In this document: positions 1 to 11,187 of the stretch, one piece after another
Layout: each line of letters starts with the position of its first letter
Numbering within the stretch: the stretch's first letter is position 1
Assembly: GCA_937625935.1 (NCBI GenBank)
Contig: OW569389.1
Coordinates: 335,694 to 399,693 of the forward strand
DNA from: Tetramitus jugosus
Taxonomy: Eukaryota > Protista > Heterolobosea
DNA length: 64,000 nt
Direction: 5' to 3'
Translations under genes and position numbers: made by a program
The notes under the pieces: model-generated
The model's database searches: none
What the model was told of the DNA's origin: nothing
Seen by the model: only the letters and a program-made list of their open reading frames with translations

Positions 1-387
1 TCTCAACAACAAGAATGCACTCTTGCCCTTGCCTCTGACAGTGTGAACACGAGCACGCAGAGATACAATAGATTCGTCGAGTGACGAGTCCAATGAACCA
101 ATCGATACCAATTCATTCAAATTTTGAGTAAATGTGGATTGAATCAATGGATAATCACCAAAGAGCTTGGATCCGTTGAAAACTTCTTCAAAGGTAACAA
201 TGGATTTGGTTCCTGATTCTCTGGCTTGACGAGCTTGGAGTCTCTCTGCCTTTTTTTGAGCTTTGGCGTTTTTAGCTTCTTCTGCTTTTTTTTTCTTTTC
301 TTCGTCAGTGAGCTTTGGTTTGCTCGTTGATGATGATGCTGTTGGTTGTTGTGGTTGTTCTTGTGGTTGTTGTTCGACAGACGACAT
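1..387 (-). CDS. DARS1: Cytoplasmic aspartyl-tRNA synthetase, 5' part (runs off the window start)
   Basis: Not in the ORF track. Manual translation from ATG 387: MSSVEQQPQ...KAQKKAERLQARQ...FGDYPLIQS...SLRARVHTVRGKGKSAFLLLR. This matches the eukaryotic AspRS Lys-rich extension and the start of the OB fold (RxRVHxxRxKGKxxFLxLR). Confidence 0.85.
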   Translation of the reverse strand, partial: MSSVEQQPQEQPQQPTASSSTSKPKLTDEEKKKKAEEAKNAKAQKKAERLQARQARESGTKSIVTFEEVFNGSKLFGDYPLIQSTFTQNLNELVSIGSLDSSLDESIVSLRARVHTVRGKGKSAFLLLR

Positions 388-877
388 GATTTTTTTTTCT
401 AATGTTGTTGTTGTTGTTGATGTTTTTTTGTTGTTGTTGTTGGTTGTTGTGGAAAAAAAGTTTTTGAGATTTGGATTGAGAATCGCGATCTATCGCAGAA
501 TTGCTGCGGTCTTCATTTTCCCTCTGCTAGATGTTCCGATGCGTCTTACAAAACGAACCTTGTCGAAATCTCGAAGGGGCACCATATGCAAACCGACTGG
601 CTTTTCCTGTTGTAAATGGCGACACCCTGCCCAACAAACAAAGAAGAATACAATGGACGATTGAATAAATGAAGGGTATAATAATAATAAAAACATTTGT
701 ATGACATCGTGGACAATCATAACAATAATAAAACAAACAGCATCAGCTACCGGTCGTAATGGACACAAGCTTCCAACAGAAAGAAACCTGGGAACAACCA
801 TCACACCAAGCAGCAGCACCACCAACAGAGAGAAACAGCAACATGGAAACAAAAATCCTAAATGCAGTTATATCAAT

Positions 878-1719
878 CTAACAACATGTAGTCTTTTTGC
901 CTCCAGCTCCTCCTTCACCTGCCTTTGGAATAATAATTCCATCGACGCCATTGCCTCCGTTGCCTCCATTGCCATCAGTTCGATCCTTTGGTAATTTTTT
1001 AGCAATGTCGACAAACAATTCTGCGACATTGTGTGATGTTTTTGCCGATGTTTCCTTGTACAGAATTCCATTGTCGTCGGCATAAGTCTGTGCCTCTGAA
1101 ATTTCCACTTTTCGCTTGTCTTCCAAATCTTGTTTGTTACCAGTGAGCGCAATCACAATATTTGTGTTGCCTTGACGCTGTAATTCCTTGACCCATTGTT
1201 TAGCTCTTGTAAATGAATCATAATTGGTAATGTCATAGACTACAATGGCAGCTGATGCACCTCTATAATACATGGGAGCTAAACTCCTGTACCTTTCTTG
1301 TCCTGCAGTGTCCCATATCTCAAATTTGACGACGCTATTTTTTTTTCATCATCATTTTTTTTGTGTTTTATGATTTTTTTTTCCCCAGTCATTCGGCATT
1401 CATCAATTGATCATACATATTCAAACCAACCAAACAACAAGACGGGCACAAAATAGCGTTAGCAAAAAAAAATCAATTTCTTCAAGCAGCAACAAAAGTG
1501 CAACAAAGCTTTCGCTTAAAAAATAATAAAAAAAACGTACCTTTCACCGAGTGGAACGGTTTGAGTCAGAAAAGCAGCACCAATCGTTGATTCTTGATAC
1601 TCAAAGAATTGACCCCTGACAAATCGTAGCACCAAACTCGATTTACCGACAGAGCTCTCACCCAAGAGCACTAATTTGAATGGAATAGCTTTGGCATTTG
1701 GATTGACAGCATCAGTCAT
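878..1719 (-). CDS. RAB5: Rab5-family small GTPase (2 exons: 1719-1541, 1334-878)
   Basis: [10 protein letters not shown]-loop, [10 protein letters not shown] effector loop, [18 protein letters not shown] and C-terminal CC. The GT..AG intron at 1540-1335 joins the two ORFs in frame. Confidence 0.96.
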
Positions 1720-2049
1720 TTTTTTTAACTTTTTGTTGTTTGTTGTTGTTGGAATAATATTATTGGTTGTTTGTGGAAGCGAAAAAAAATGTCAACGAGA
1801 GCTTGGTGATGACGCGTTCTTCTTCTGATGTTTGTGTTGCGTGCTTTGTTTTTTGGCGCTGAAAAAAATGTTCCAATAAAAAAAAGGCGTTCCCCTTGTG
1901 CTTCTCGCTGGGAACTTGATTGGGTCTTTTCTGCTTTTGTCGCCGAAACGGAAAAATGGAACGATTCGTAGTTTACTGTGTCTGTGTTGACTGTTGTATA
2001 CAATGGGTCCTTTTTTGTACAGTACCGTACTCTCTGAATGAAACTTCTT

Positions 2050-2565
2050 TTATTCTTCTGAACGTTGAGATCTGAAATGTTCTTCTAGGGCATATCTGGC
2101 ATTGATGAATCGCTTGTTTACCTTTTCTTTACTGTACAGTGAGATGTATGCGTCGACGGGCATCACCAACTCTTCCATCTCTTTGCCCTCCTCGTGATAA
2201 AAGGGTTCAAGTTCATTTGACACTAAAAGTCGATCCATTGATTCCTGCTCTTCTTGTCTCATCTCTTCTGAGCGATAAATGGCTTCCATGCTCAAATCTG
2301 CATGAGATAAGCAATCTTCCATGACTTCAATTCTTTTATCGAGTTGCCAATGAGGAACAAAAGTGGGTGCTTCGCTGTGGGCACTCTCAATCAAAAAATT
2401 CTCCCATGCCATTGCCATCATGAGATCGTCCAATGGACCTCCTTCTCCGCCACCTACATAGCTTCTCCTACGTCTCTGTCGAATCATTTGTCTTGTAACG
2501 TCCTCTGCCAATGCATGGAAGGGAATGACAACATCCCTTGAATTCATAGTGTACCATGTGTCCAT
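2050..2565 (-). CDS. Hypothetical protein (171 aa; 5' end uncertain)
   Basis: ATG-initiated ORF with protein-like composition; no recognised domain. Confidence 0.55.
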   Translation of the reverse strand: MDTWYTMNSRDVVIPFHALAEDVTRQMIRQRRRRSYVGGGEGGPLDDLMMAMAWENFLIESAHSEAPTFVPHWQLDKRIEVMEDCLSHADLSMEAIYRSEEMRQEEQESMDRLLVSNELEPFYHEEGKEMEELVMPVDAYISLYSKEKVNKRFINARYALEEHFRSQRSEE

Positions 2566-2781
2566 CCTCTCGTTTCTGTTACTCTTTGTGGATCGCCACT
2601 CGAAATTGCTTCTCTATTTTTTACAAAGACTTCAGTTGTATTTTTAGGAACTTGTTGGACGAAAAATGGGTTGACTGGATAAGATGATAACGATACTTGA
2701 AGCTTATTGTTGATTCGAGGTGTGGATGCACAAGAATTGTTTCAATGTCGACGTGTACAAATATCAATTGGACTTTGTGAT

Positions 2782-5700
2782 TTATTGAGCAAACTCTGAT
2801 TGCATGTTGATCAAGGACATCAGCTTTTTCTTGGTCTTGTGCTTGGTTGTGAGGTTGGTGAAGAATTTCTCCCATGGGGTGAGCTTCTTGGCTTTGGCTG
2901 CCTTCTTCTTTGGAGTCTTTCTTCTCTTCTTGGTGTCTTCCTCTTCGGATTCCTCATCCTCGTCTTCGTCTTCTTGTGCCTCGCCGTACTTCAAGAGTCT
3001 TTCACGAACAACCTTCATGAAGTCGACAAAGCTATTGTACTGCTTCTGCACAAGGGTTTGCAAGAGATTTTCGCTGATTCTCTCAAACATTCCCTCAATA
3101 AAGGTTTCATTCTCCTTTTCAACCATATCGAGCAAGCTCTTTGAGTTTTCAAGCTCGAATTGTTGGTATTCTCTGGTGACATATTGTTCAACCAATTGCA
3201 TCACCTTTGAATCAATCTTGTCTGGATTGTGCTTCTGGATTTCAATGTAGATTCTCTCCAACAATTCAATTGTACCACCGTTGGTTGGATCAGGGAAGAT
3301 GGCAACAACACTTCTCCACATACCCTCGTCCAACAACAATTGAAGCTTCTCCTTCATTGTTGCTCTTCTGTGCACAGACAAGGTAGAAGAGGAACTTGAC
3401 TTCTTTGCTCTCTTCTTTGGTTTTGATTTTGGTGCTTTTCTCTTCTTTCTCTTACCATATCCGCTATCAGAGTCAGAGTCAGGTTCTGAGTAATCGTCAT
3501 CATCATCAGCTACTTCGTCTTCTTCTTCAACGTCTGGAACCAGTGAAACATTTCTGTCGGTAACATCACGGTCATCAAACATGTGTTCCATAACATAGTC
3601 CAACAATTGGATTCTGGTCTTTGGCCATTGGTCTTCAGCAGACATAACCTTGACTTCACCAAATGCATCAGATGTCATAGTAATCTTGAATGTGATAATG
3701 GCTTGTTCGAGCAGGATGGAGTTGTCTTCTTCGACCTTGGCAGCATGCATCATCAACTTGGATACAGTCAAGGTAAAGTTATCCAATGTGTAGTAGCCCT
3801 TATATTTAAGTGGCAAGTTACTGAGTTCGACTTGGATCTCTCCCAGACGCTTCTCAGTCTCAACAGTTCTTTGGATCTTACTTTGTTGCAACAACTTTTG
3901 TTGTTCTTCTTCAAGTTCCTTGATTCTCGCAACTTGTTCTTTAAGGACAAGAATTGCTTTTTGAATAAAAGCACCAATACGCAACACCAGTTCATATTCG
4001 TATTTGCCAGCCATGTCTTGAAGAATTCTGATCAAATTCTCAACAGCGGACACCTTTGCAATACACTTGTCAACGATAGATTCCAAGAATCTGCTTGCTT
4101 CAGTGGATTCTTCTTCATGAACATTGTCAGTCATTTGAGAATCAGCATCAGCTCTTTCATCAACCAACTTCTTCAAATCCAATGCAGCATTAATCATAAT
4201 TCTACTGACAGCGAATGAAATGTTATCGTACTTTTCTTGGGATTGCTTTGAGAAGGAAGGTTCCAAAGCAAGGAGATAGTGCTTCAATGCCAATTGACGC
4301 AACTCATTCTGTTGTTCAACTGAAATTTGATTTCTTTGTTGCAATGCCTTTGCCTTTTCTTGAACAAGAAGAGCATAGTGCTGTTCAGGCAACTTTCTTT
4401 CTTCTTCCTCTTTCTTGAATTGTTCCAAGATTGCCAAACAATTCTCTCCAACAAAGATTGATTGTTTGTACTCTGACTTGTCGAGCAGAGTAGATGCGAC
4501 AGTTTGCAAGTTGTTTGGATTCTTGACACCCAATTGGCTGTCACACAACAAATCAACAACAATCTTCAAGTTCTTGTTGAACAATTCAGTTTCCTGCTCA
4601 ATTTGTTCGGTGGTGAGTGAGTGATCGAAAGCAATTCTGTTTTCGAGATTAGACTTTGAGGCAAGAACAGATGACAACATCTTGTTGATTGCTTGGAACT
4701 TCCAGTTGTTGAATTCATTGTAGTCATAAGACAAAACGAAATATTCAACATCCAATGCATCCAACTTTTCTTTAGCTTCGTCCAATTGCTTTTGAACATC
4801 ATCAGGCAATTGCTTTCTCAAGAGTTCCAAATCCTCTTCTTCACGATTAATGATTTGAATCAATTGTTCTGGTACAGCTCTTTCTCTCTTCTTTGCTTCA
4901 CATTGGGTAGCTTGCTCAATGGCGTATCTACCGAACTTGAAGGCCAAAGTGATATCTGAACCCTTAATCTTGTCCATCATTGACAAAATGTGTTTTGGAT
5001 TCTTGACAAATGGCATGCATTGATCAACAATTGCGTTAATCTTGACATCATGACCTTGTCTAACCTTTTGCTTGTCTTCTTCAGTAGTTTCAGCCTGCAA
5101 TTCCATTTCCTTATCTTCATTGTTCTTTGCCTTGATCAAACTTTGAATGAGTAATACAGCAGTATTCAAATGCAAGGTATCCAAAATTTCAGGTGAAGAA
5201 TCCTTGTATTCTGGAGAAATCTTCAGCAAGTTGACTTGAATTTGCAGTTCAAGCATTCTAGCAGCCTTGTCACCATCCAACTTCTTTCTCTTGTTCTTCA
5301 TTTGTTTACGAACATCGAGCAAATCTCTTTCTTCTTCTTCGATTTCTTCCAATTCTTGTCTAATAGCGTCTCTCTCCTTCTTTGCTGCCAAAAGTTCAGG
5401 AATTCTGGATTGAATGACCTTACCAAGTTGAAGAACGATCTCAAACTCTTCATTGTCACTCAAAATGTTTGCCAAATTGTAGAGGGAGTTTGGATTATGA
5501 ATATACTCGACTAATCTTTCAACAACAGAAGCAATCTTCTTGTCAGTTTCTGCAATATTATCCGTAACTTCAATCTTTGGATCAATATCATCTTGCATTC
5601 TGTCTTCTCCACGAGTCAATTCATTTTGCAACAAATCCTTCAATTTGTACTTCAAGTTATCCTTGTTTGTCAACAAGGAAGTCAACATCAACTTGATAAG

Positions 5701-8700
5701 AACCAAATAATCATTATCATATTGATTCAATGTCTTCTTTGCGAACTTTGGAATAGTTTCATTGTTGATCTTTTGTTCAACTTCCATGTCAGCAAGTTGT
5801 TTGATTTGTTCTGGCTTCAAGAACTTCTTTTGGTCGAGAAGTTTTTGCTTTTCAGCTCTCAATTGCTCATATTGCAATTTTGGTAATTCTCTGGCTTCTC
5901 TCTGAGCAGCCATTTCCTTGTTAGCTGCGAGTGCCTTATCACCAATTTGGAGCATCAAGTCGTATTCCCTACGGTTGGAACACTCTCTGACATATTCAAT
6001 CATATTAGTTGGAGATTCAATGTAGTTCAAAACTTCCAATGTAACGAATTGAATTCTTTCATCAGACAATGGTTCTTTGCTTACAATTTGAGCAGCACCA
6101 AATCCAACAATTGTTGGTCTTGGAATCTTGCTGTTCAATGAAGTTCTAACCATGGTCAAACCAATATCGTTCTTATTGTTCTCATATTGATCAAAGTCGT
6201 CATAATCAAAGTGTTCTGGATGTGGTAGAGCTTCATATTCTGCTTCCAATTTCTTCAATTGTTGTTGTCTAGTTGCAGGCAATTGTTGTCTCTTTTCCAA
6301 CAATTCTTCTTGCTCAGCCTCAATAATCTTGATTGGAACATAGGTCTCTTCTCTAACCTTCTTAGCCTTGATCATTTCTTGAATGATGTCCAAAGCCTTG
6401 AATCCAACCTTATTAACCAACTCGTATTCACTTCTGTTGGCAATGTAGGTCATCAATTGTCTCAAGTTAGCTGGACTGACAACATAGTTCAAATGACGGT
6501 TGAACACTTCATGAACTTGTTCCTCATTGAACTTGAGGAAAGTTTGAGCATCAAGGGCCTTGTTGATGGCACCTAGACAAGTGGCATAGTGTCTGTAGTC
6601 ATATTGACTGACATCCATGTGAGTATTTGGAGCATCAAGAGCGAAAACTCTGACTTGGTAATCCAATTCCTTCATCTTTTCTACTTGATCAGGTTTCAAT
6701 GTCTTACGATCAACAGCAAGTGTTTGTGCTTCTTGTTGCAATACTTGCAATTCAGCACGCACTTCATCTCTCTTCTTCTTTTCTTGACGAACTTCAGTAA
6801 TTCTTCTTTGCAACTTGTCCAAAACCTCAATTCCAAGAGCATATTCTTGTCTGAGATCAAATGCTTGCAATGAATCAATGTTATTAACTGCTTCAATGCA
6901 TTCTCTGACAACAGAAGCCAACTTGTCATCAGACATTGGTTGAACAGGACGCAATCCCAACAATAGTGGATTAGCATTGTATGTTGGGACTTCACTTCTG
7001 CTATCCAAGGAAGCTCTGATCATTTGAGTAATAATTTGAACTCTATAAGTGTCCCATTGTTGATTATATATCAATTGAATTTGAACATGAGGATTCACAG
7101 TTGCAAAGTTACGAGATCCAGATGTAACCAATTGTCTGAACAAGTCATTTTGAATCATAGTGTTATAGAGTACATTTGGAGTAATATCTTGTGGGAACAA
7201 TGGAACATTGAGTACATTGTGATGTGCTCCAAACAAAGCCAAACCGTCCTCTGGATTATCAACAATCTGCTTAATCAAACTCTTTTGAAGATCAATTTCA
7301 ACAGAGTATTGAGCTTCAAGCTTCTTGAGCAAAGCTGAACCCAAAATAACCATTTGTTCGTATTCCTTCTTAACATGCATGACACTGAGCAAAGCAACCA
7401 ATGTACCAATAACATTGACATTCTCAATAATGTAATCCAAAACGGAATACATCTCAGGTTCCTTAATAAGGCCAACAACCAACATTTCATGGGCAAGTTC
7501 CCACATCCATCTTGTGAGATCACTTGGAACAATAGTTGCTTCATCAATAACCGGTGTTTGTTGGGCATTCATTACAATTGTTGGTGCAAACAATGATGGT
7601 GGTGAGGAAGGTGAGGCAGAAGAAGAAGGAGCTGCAGTTGCGGTGTGAGTATCAACTGTAGGATCATGCAACTTAAGTTCTGGCAATGGAACAGGTTTCA
7701 AAGCAACCTTTGCCAAGCTCAATGCAGCTGCATATTGTTCCTTTTCCTTTAGAATTTGAGCAATTCTATATTGTACAGTCTTATGAACAACAACTTGTGT
7801 GCATTGCTCAACAAGCAAAGTGGTCTTCTTGTTAGAGATGGCCAAATCACACAACCATCTAGCACGATCAGAAGTCTCATTATTCCATTCTCTAGACAGC
7901 GCAACAGACTTGAGTGCCAAATTGAAAGCAACATCAACATCCAAAGCTCTTGAAATTTGAGCAATGGAGAACAATTGAGAAACATCTTCCAATTTCTCTG
8001 CAACTTCTTGCGCTTGCTTCACACGTTCCAACTTGAGCAAGAATCTGGCCAAATAGAAATCCAAATCGACTGCCTTTGCCAAATTCATACCTTCTTCAAA
8101 TCTTCCATCTCTCTCCAATTGATTCAATCTCTCGATAGACAAATCCTTTGGCTCAGAGAACTTACCAATGCTCTCACCCTTCATCACATTCTTCAAATGG
8201 ACATTGTTCCATGCCAGCTTGGCAGCATATCTTGCAGTGGAGAATGTACCTTCTTCTTCGTTGGCAGAAGTATCCCAATCGAACAACTTCTTTGCCCATT
8301 CAACTCTCTCATCCTGTTCAATATCCAAACTTTCAAACAAGAAGACTTCGACCCAATCCTTTGCGATTTCACGCAACATCTCTTCATAACCATCAATGTT
8401 ATGAACACCGAGTTCATTACCTCTGGTGACATACTCTGATGTAATGGCTTCCATAATGTTCAAACCATCACGGATTTCACCCTTGTTCAAAATCTTGTCC
8501 TTTGCCTTATCCTTCTCAATACGAATAGAAATGGAATCGATACGATAGGTGGCACGAGCATCACCCAAAGCAGCACCAAATCTACCTCTCTTGATTGCTT
8601 GAAGACCATTGGTAGCCACAAAAGCATCTCTGACCTTTCTTCTAATGGCCATCAAATTGACACCACCAAAATCTTGCATCAATCCAGAAGCACCTACACC

Positions 8701-9222
8701 ATCCATAGCAGCAGAAGCACCACCACTCGTAGAATAAAATGGTAAACCATTGGCCATAGTGTTCTGAGTTTGCCATTGACCTGGAATTTGAGTTGGATCC
8801 AACGTATTTTCACCACCAATCAATTGAGTAGCACCAACAACAGAAGAAGAAGAAGGACCTCTACCCATTGCACCCATCAACAAGTGAGATTGACGAAAAG
8901 TAGCAGCAAACTGTTCCAATTGCTTGAGAGCAGTTGCCGTTGGAGGAGTATTTCTGTTTCTTGATCCCATGACCTTTAGAATTTGCTTCTTGATTTGAAC
9001 ATCGAGATGAGGATCATCTCTCAACAGTCTTGTCACTACCAATTGAAGTTCTTCTTTGAGCAAGTCACCCACCATGTCATCTACATCAGAAGTCAATGAA
9101 AATTTGTTGCTTTCTTCACCATTGCTATTATTGTTATCGTAAACGGCATCTTCCTCATTGTGTTGAGTTGGATTGCCAGTGCCATCATTGGCCTTTTGTT
9201 TTTTGGTTGCTGTGGACATCAC
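2782..9222 (-). CDS. 2146-aa alpha-helical repeat protein; N- and C-terminal parts resemble the helical body of bacterial SWIM-zinc-finger family proteins
   Basis: Long uninterrupted ORF with about 6-7 degenerate internal repeats, plus acidic and basic NLS-like tracts near the C terminus. The family resemblance is from recall and unverified. Confidence 0.85.
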   Translation of the reverse strand: MMSTATKKQKANDGTGNPTQHNEEDAVYDNNNSNGEESNKFSLTSDVDDMVGDLLKEELQLVVTRLLRDDPHLDVQIKKQILKVMGSRNRNTPPTATALKQLEQFAATFRQSHLLMGAMGRGPSSSSVVGATQLIGGENTLDPTQIPGQWQTQNTMANGLPFYSTSGGASAAMDGVGASGLMQDFGGVNLMAIRRKVRDAFVATNGLQAIKRGRFGAALGDARATYRIDSISIRIEKDKAKDKILNKGEIRDGLNIMEAITSEYVTRGNELGVHNIDGYEEMLREIAKDWVEVFLFESLDIEQDERVEWAKKLFDWDTSANEEEGTFSTARYAAKLAWNNVHLKNVMKGESIGKFSEPKDLSIERLNQLERDGRFEEGMNLAKAVDLDFYLARFLLKLERVKQAQEVAEKLEDVSQLFSIAQISRALDVDVAFNLALKSVALSREWNNETSDRARWLCDLAISNKKTTLLVEQCTQVVVHKTVQYRIAQILKEKEQYAAALSLAKVALKPVPLPELKLHDPTVDTHTATAAPSSSASPSSPPSLFAPTIVMNAQQTPVIDEATIVPSDLTRWMWELAHEMLVVGLIKEPEMYSVLDYIIENVNVIGTLVALLSVMHVKKEYEQMVILGSALLKKLEAQYSVEIDLQKSLIKQIVDNPEDGLALFGAHHNVLNVPLFPQDITPNVLYNTMIQNDLFRQLVTSGSRNFATVNPHVQIQLIYNQQWDTYRVQIITQMIRASLDSRSEVPTYNANPLLLGLRPVQPMSDDKLASVVRECIEAVNNIDSLQAFDLRQEYALGIEVLDKLQRRITEVRQEKKKRDEVRAELQVLQQEAQTLAVDRKTLKPDQVEKMKELDYQVRVFALDAPNTHMDVSQYDYRHYATCLGAINKALDAQTFLKFNEEQVHEVFNRHLNYVVSPANLRQLMTYIANRSEYELVNKVGFKALDIIQEMIKAKKVREETYVPIKIIEAEQEELLEKRQQLPATRQQQLKKLEAEYEALPHPEHFDYDDFDQYENNKNDIGLTMVRTSLNSKIPRPTIVGFGAAQIVSKEPLSDERIQFVTLEVLNYIESPTNMIEYVRECSNRREYDLMLQIGDKALAANKEMAAQREARELPKLQYEQLRAEKQKLLDQKKFLKPEQIKQLADMEVEQKINNETIPKFAKKTLNQYDNDYLVLIKLMLTSLLTNKDNLKYKLKDLLQNELTRGEDRMQDDIDPKIEVTDNIAETDKKIASVVERLVEYIHNPNSLYNLANILSDNEEFEIVLQLGKVIQSRIPELLAAKKERDAIRQELEEIEEEERDLLDVRKQMKNKRKKLDGDKAARMLELQIQVNLLKISPEYKDSSPEILDTLHLNTAVLLIQSLIKAKNNEDKEMELQAETTEEDKQKVRQGHDVKINAIVDQCMPFVKNPKHILSMMDKIKGSDITLAFKFGRYAIEQATQCEAKKRERAVPEQLIQIINREEEDLELLRKQLPDDVQKQLDEAKEKLDALDVEYFVLSYDYNEFNNWKFQAINKMLSSVLASKSNLENRIAFDHSLTTEQIEQETELFNKNLKIVVDLLCDSQLGVKNPNNLQTVASTLLDKSEYKQSIFVGENCLAILEQFKKEEEERKLPEQHYALLVQEKAKALQQRNQISVEQQNELRQLALKHYLLALEPSFSKQSQEKYDNISFAVSRIMINAALDLKKLVDERADADSQMTDNVHEEESTEASRFLESIVDKCIAKVSAVENLIRILQDMAGKYEYELVLRIGAFIQKAILVLKEQVARIKELEEEQQKLLQQSKIQRTVETEKRLGEIQVELSNLPLKYKGYYTLDNFTLTVSKLMMHAAKVEEDNSILLEQAIITFKITMTSDAFGEVKVMSAEDQWPKTRIQLLDYVMEHMFDDRDVTDRNVSLVPDVEEEDEVADDDDDYSEPDSDSDSGYGKRKKRKAPKSKPKKRAKKSSSSSTLSVHRRATMKEKLQLLLDEGMWRSVVAIFPDPTNGGTIELLERIYIEIQKHNPDKIDSKVMQLVEQYVTREYQQFELENSKSLLDMVEKENETFIEGMFERISENLLQTLVQKQYNSFVDFMKVVRERLLKYGEAQEDEDEDEESEEEDTKKRRKTPKKKAAKAKKLTPWEKFFTNLTTKHKTKKKLMSLINMQSEFAQ

Positions 9223-9648
9223 TCAAGTGCGGACCAAAAGACACGTTAAAAAGGTGGTTGGTTGTTTTGGTGTGGTGTGTTGTTGTGTTTGTTAAAAAGT
9301 GAAAAAAGCTTTAGCGAAGAGATTTGATTGAGAGATTTTATGCCTTTCACCTCTTGCACGCTTCACAAGCAAGGGAAAACGTGCTCCCAGCACATTTTTC
9401 CACCTTTAACTGACACGCGGAACTTGTGGATCGAACTGATCGACGGGAAAATATTTTCGACTTTTCTAGAGAATAATGTAGTCACACGTCAATTCACTTG
9501 ACACGAACGGTATCTACGGTCTGACGAATTCAAAAATTGCAGAATTTGGTGTGACCAAAGATTGCAATGTTTCACACAAAATACATGATAGAAACCTTTT
9601 TTTTAATGTTTGTTCTTGCATTCGTTCTACAATGCACAGACTGTTCTC

Positions 9649-10266
9649 TTAGTGCTTCATCCAATAGACAATTCTCAAAATCGCAAAAGCAATGATTCCA
9701 CCATGGAAAAACAGCAAGAATTGTCCACCAATCATCAACCAAGCAACTCCTCTGCTGTTTGCGTCCTTGCCTCCAGCGCGGAAAAATACAGCGGAAGCTG
9801 TAATGCAGGTCAAGACATTGGTAAACAACAAACAAACCATTGCAATCAAAAATCCAACGGTCAATCCGACTCGCGCCATTTTCATCTTTTCGGAGCGCAA
9901 AACTACAGCTACGAAACCCAAAACGGCGGCAACCAAAGCAAAGAATGAACCAATAATTCCGGAAGCGGCAGAAAATCGAGTATTTCTGACAAGTCTCTTT
10001 AGCTCAATTGGCCAACTGGATTTGCTCACAGAGGGAACACTCTTATTGAAAATGGCAACCTTGACAACAGCAACAAGGAAAGTGTTGATAGCAAACAAAA
10101 GCAACAAAACACACAAGACACCAAAAATCAAGTCAAGTATGAAATGAGTACGTTTCACAGTTTCAACAGCGTTGCTCTGAATGGTTTGAATGGAAGTGGA
10201 GTGCTCAGTGTGAGCTTCATTGAATTCTGCCTCACTTGGGGCCTCGTAAGTCTCATATGGATCCAT
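9649..10266 (-). CDS. Four-pass membrane protein, unknown function
   Basis: 205-aa ORF with four hydrophobic segments. Confidence 0.7.
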   Translation of the reverse strand: MDPYETYEAPSEAEFNEAHTEHSTSIQTIQSNAVETVKRTHFILDLIFGVLCVLLLLFAINTFLVAVVKVAIFNKSVPSVSKSSWPIELKRLVRNTRFSAASGIIGSFFALVAAVLGFVAVVLRSEKMKMARVGLTVGFLIAMVCLLFTNVLTCITASAVFFRAGGKDANSRGVAWLMIGGQFLLFFHGGIIAFAILRIVYWMKH

Positions 10267-10803
10267 ATCTCTTTAGAAGAATTTGTGTTGTAGGTAGCTT
10301 CAAAAAAGAATAAATTATTGTTTGTGATGATGTTGTCTCAAGAGCAAAAGTTGGTTGGGGAAAAGCTGCTTGTTGTGTGGTTGGGATGCGACGACGGGGT
10401 AGGGAGAATCCAATTCGACCGAACAACGGGGTAATCTGTATTCTCCGTTATACAAAATATCCGGAGGAGTCATCCTTCTCCCTTCGGTTTGATGGATATC
10501 GTTCCCAGAGCTAAGATACAGCTGCACTGGCAGCGAGAGTGGATTAGCAAACGAAATTATTTGTTTGTTTTATTTGTCCGAGAGTTATCGTAGTTCGTGC
10601 TGTTTGCATGACTGGATACTCATTCTGATGAAGATTATTCTCATATCTGAAGAGAGTTCATACACACCACCCAACGGGAGTAGTTTGCCTAGACCACAAT
10701 AAAGCACCCAATAGCCCTTTCTGTTGTGGTGTTTGCTTTCTTAGCTTTTCTATATTCTTACAATCGATCGATCGATCCTCCTTCCAACAACACCAAAGAC
10801 GAC

Positions 10804-11187
10804 TCAATAATTGGCAGTCATTGTCGTCGTGGCATTGGACATTCGTGGCGTCGATTGATCATCCAGCCGATTCTGTGAATACTCTACCATGAACCTCTTC
10901 AGTTCATCAATCTTACTAAGCACCAGTCTCTGATCTGATAATTTCTTGATCCCAATACGGTTCAAGCTATGTTCATTCAGAGCCAACAATTTCCTCCCAT
11001 CAATGTCATACTTTGTCACCAAACGTATCGTCAATGGACTACTCATACTGTTATTCTCTTCTTGTGAGGTCATGACTGCTGGGGCAGTCTGAGTACTCTT
11101 GATCCAGTAACACACTTGACTTACGCTCCAATCAGGCACATGAGCATAGTCCAATGATTCATCCAAAACAGATTCCACTGATCCCAT
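10804..11187 (-). CDS. Small SAM-domain protein, predicted N-myristoylated
   Basis: MGSVES N terminus; SAM signature WSVSQVCYWI...IDGRKLLALNEHSLNRIGIKKLSDQRLVLSKIDEL. Confidence 0.85.
   Translation of the reverse strand: MGSVESVLDESLDYAHVPDWSVSQVCYWIKSTQTAPAVMTSQEENNSMSSPLTIRLVTKYDIDGRKLLALNEHSLNRIGIKKLSDQRLVLSKIDELKRFMVEYSQNRLDDQSTPRMSNATTTMTANY

Noticed and set aside
263-852. ORFs 263-664 and 490-852
   Set aside because: They are antisense or low-complexity frames over the AspRS 5' end and the Rab5 3' region.
2800-8964. Many plus-strand ORFs within the 2146-aa gene
   Set aside because: Antisense shadows caused by codon bias.
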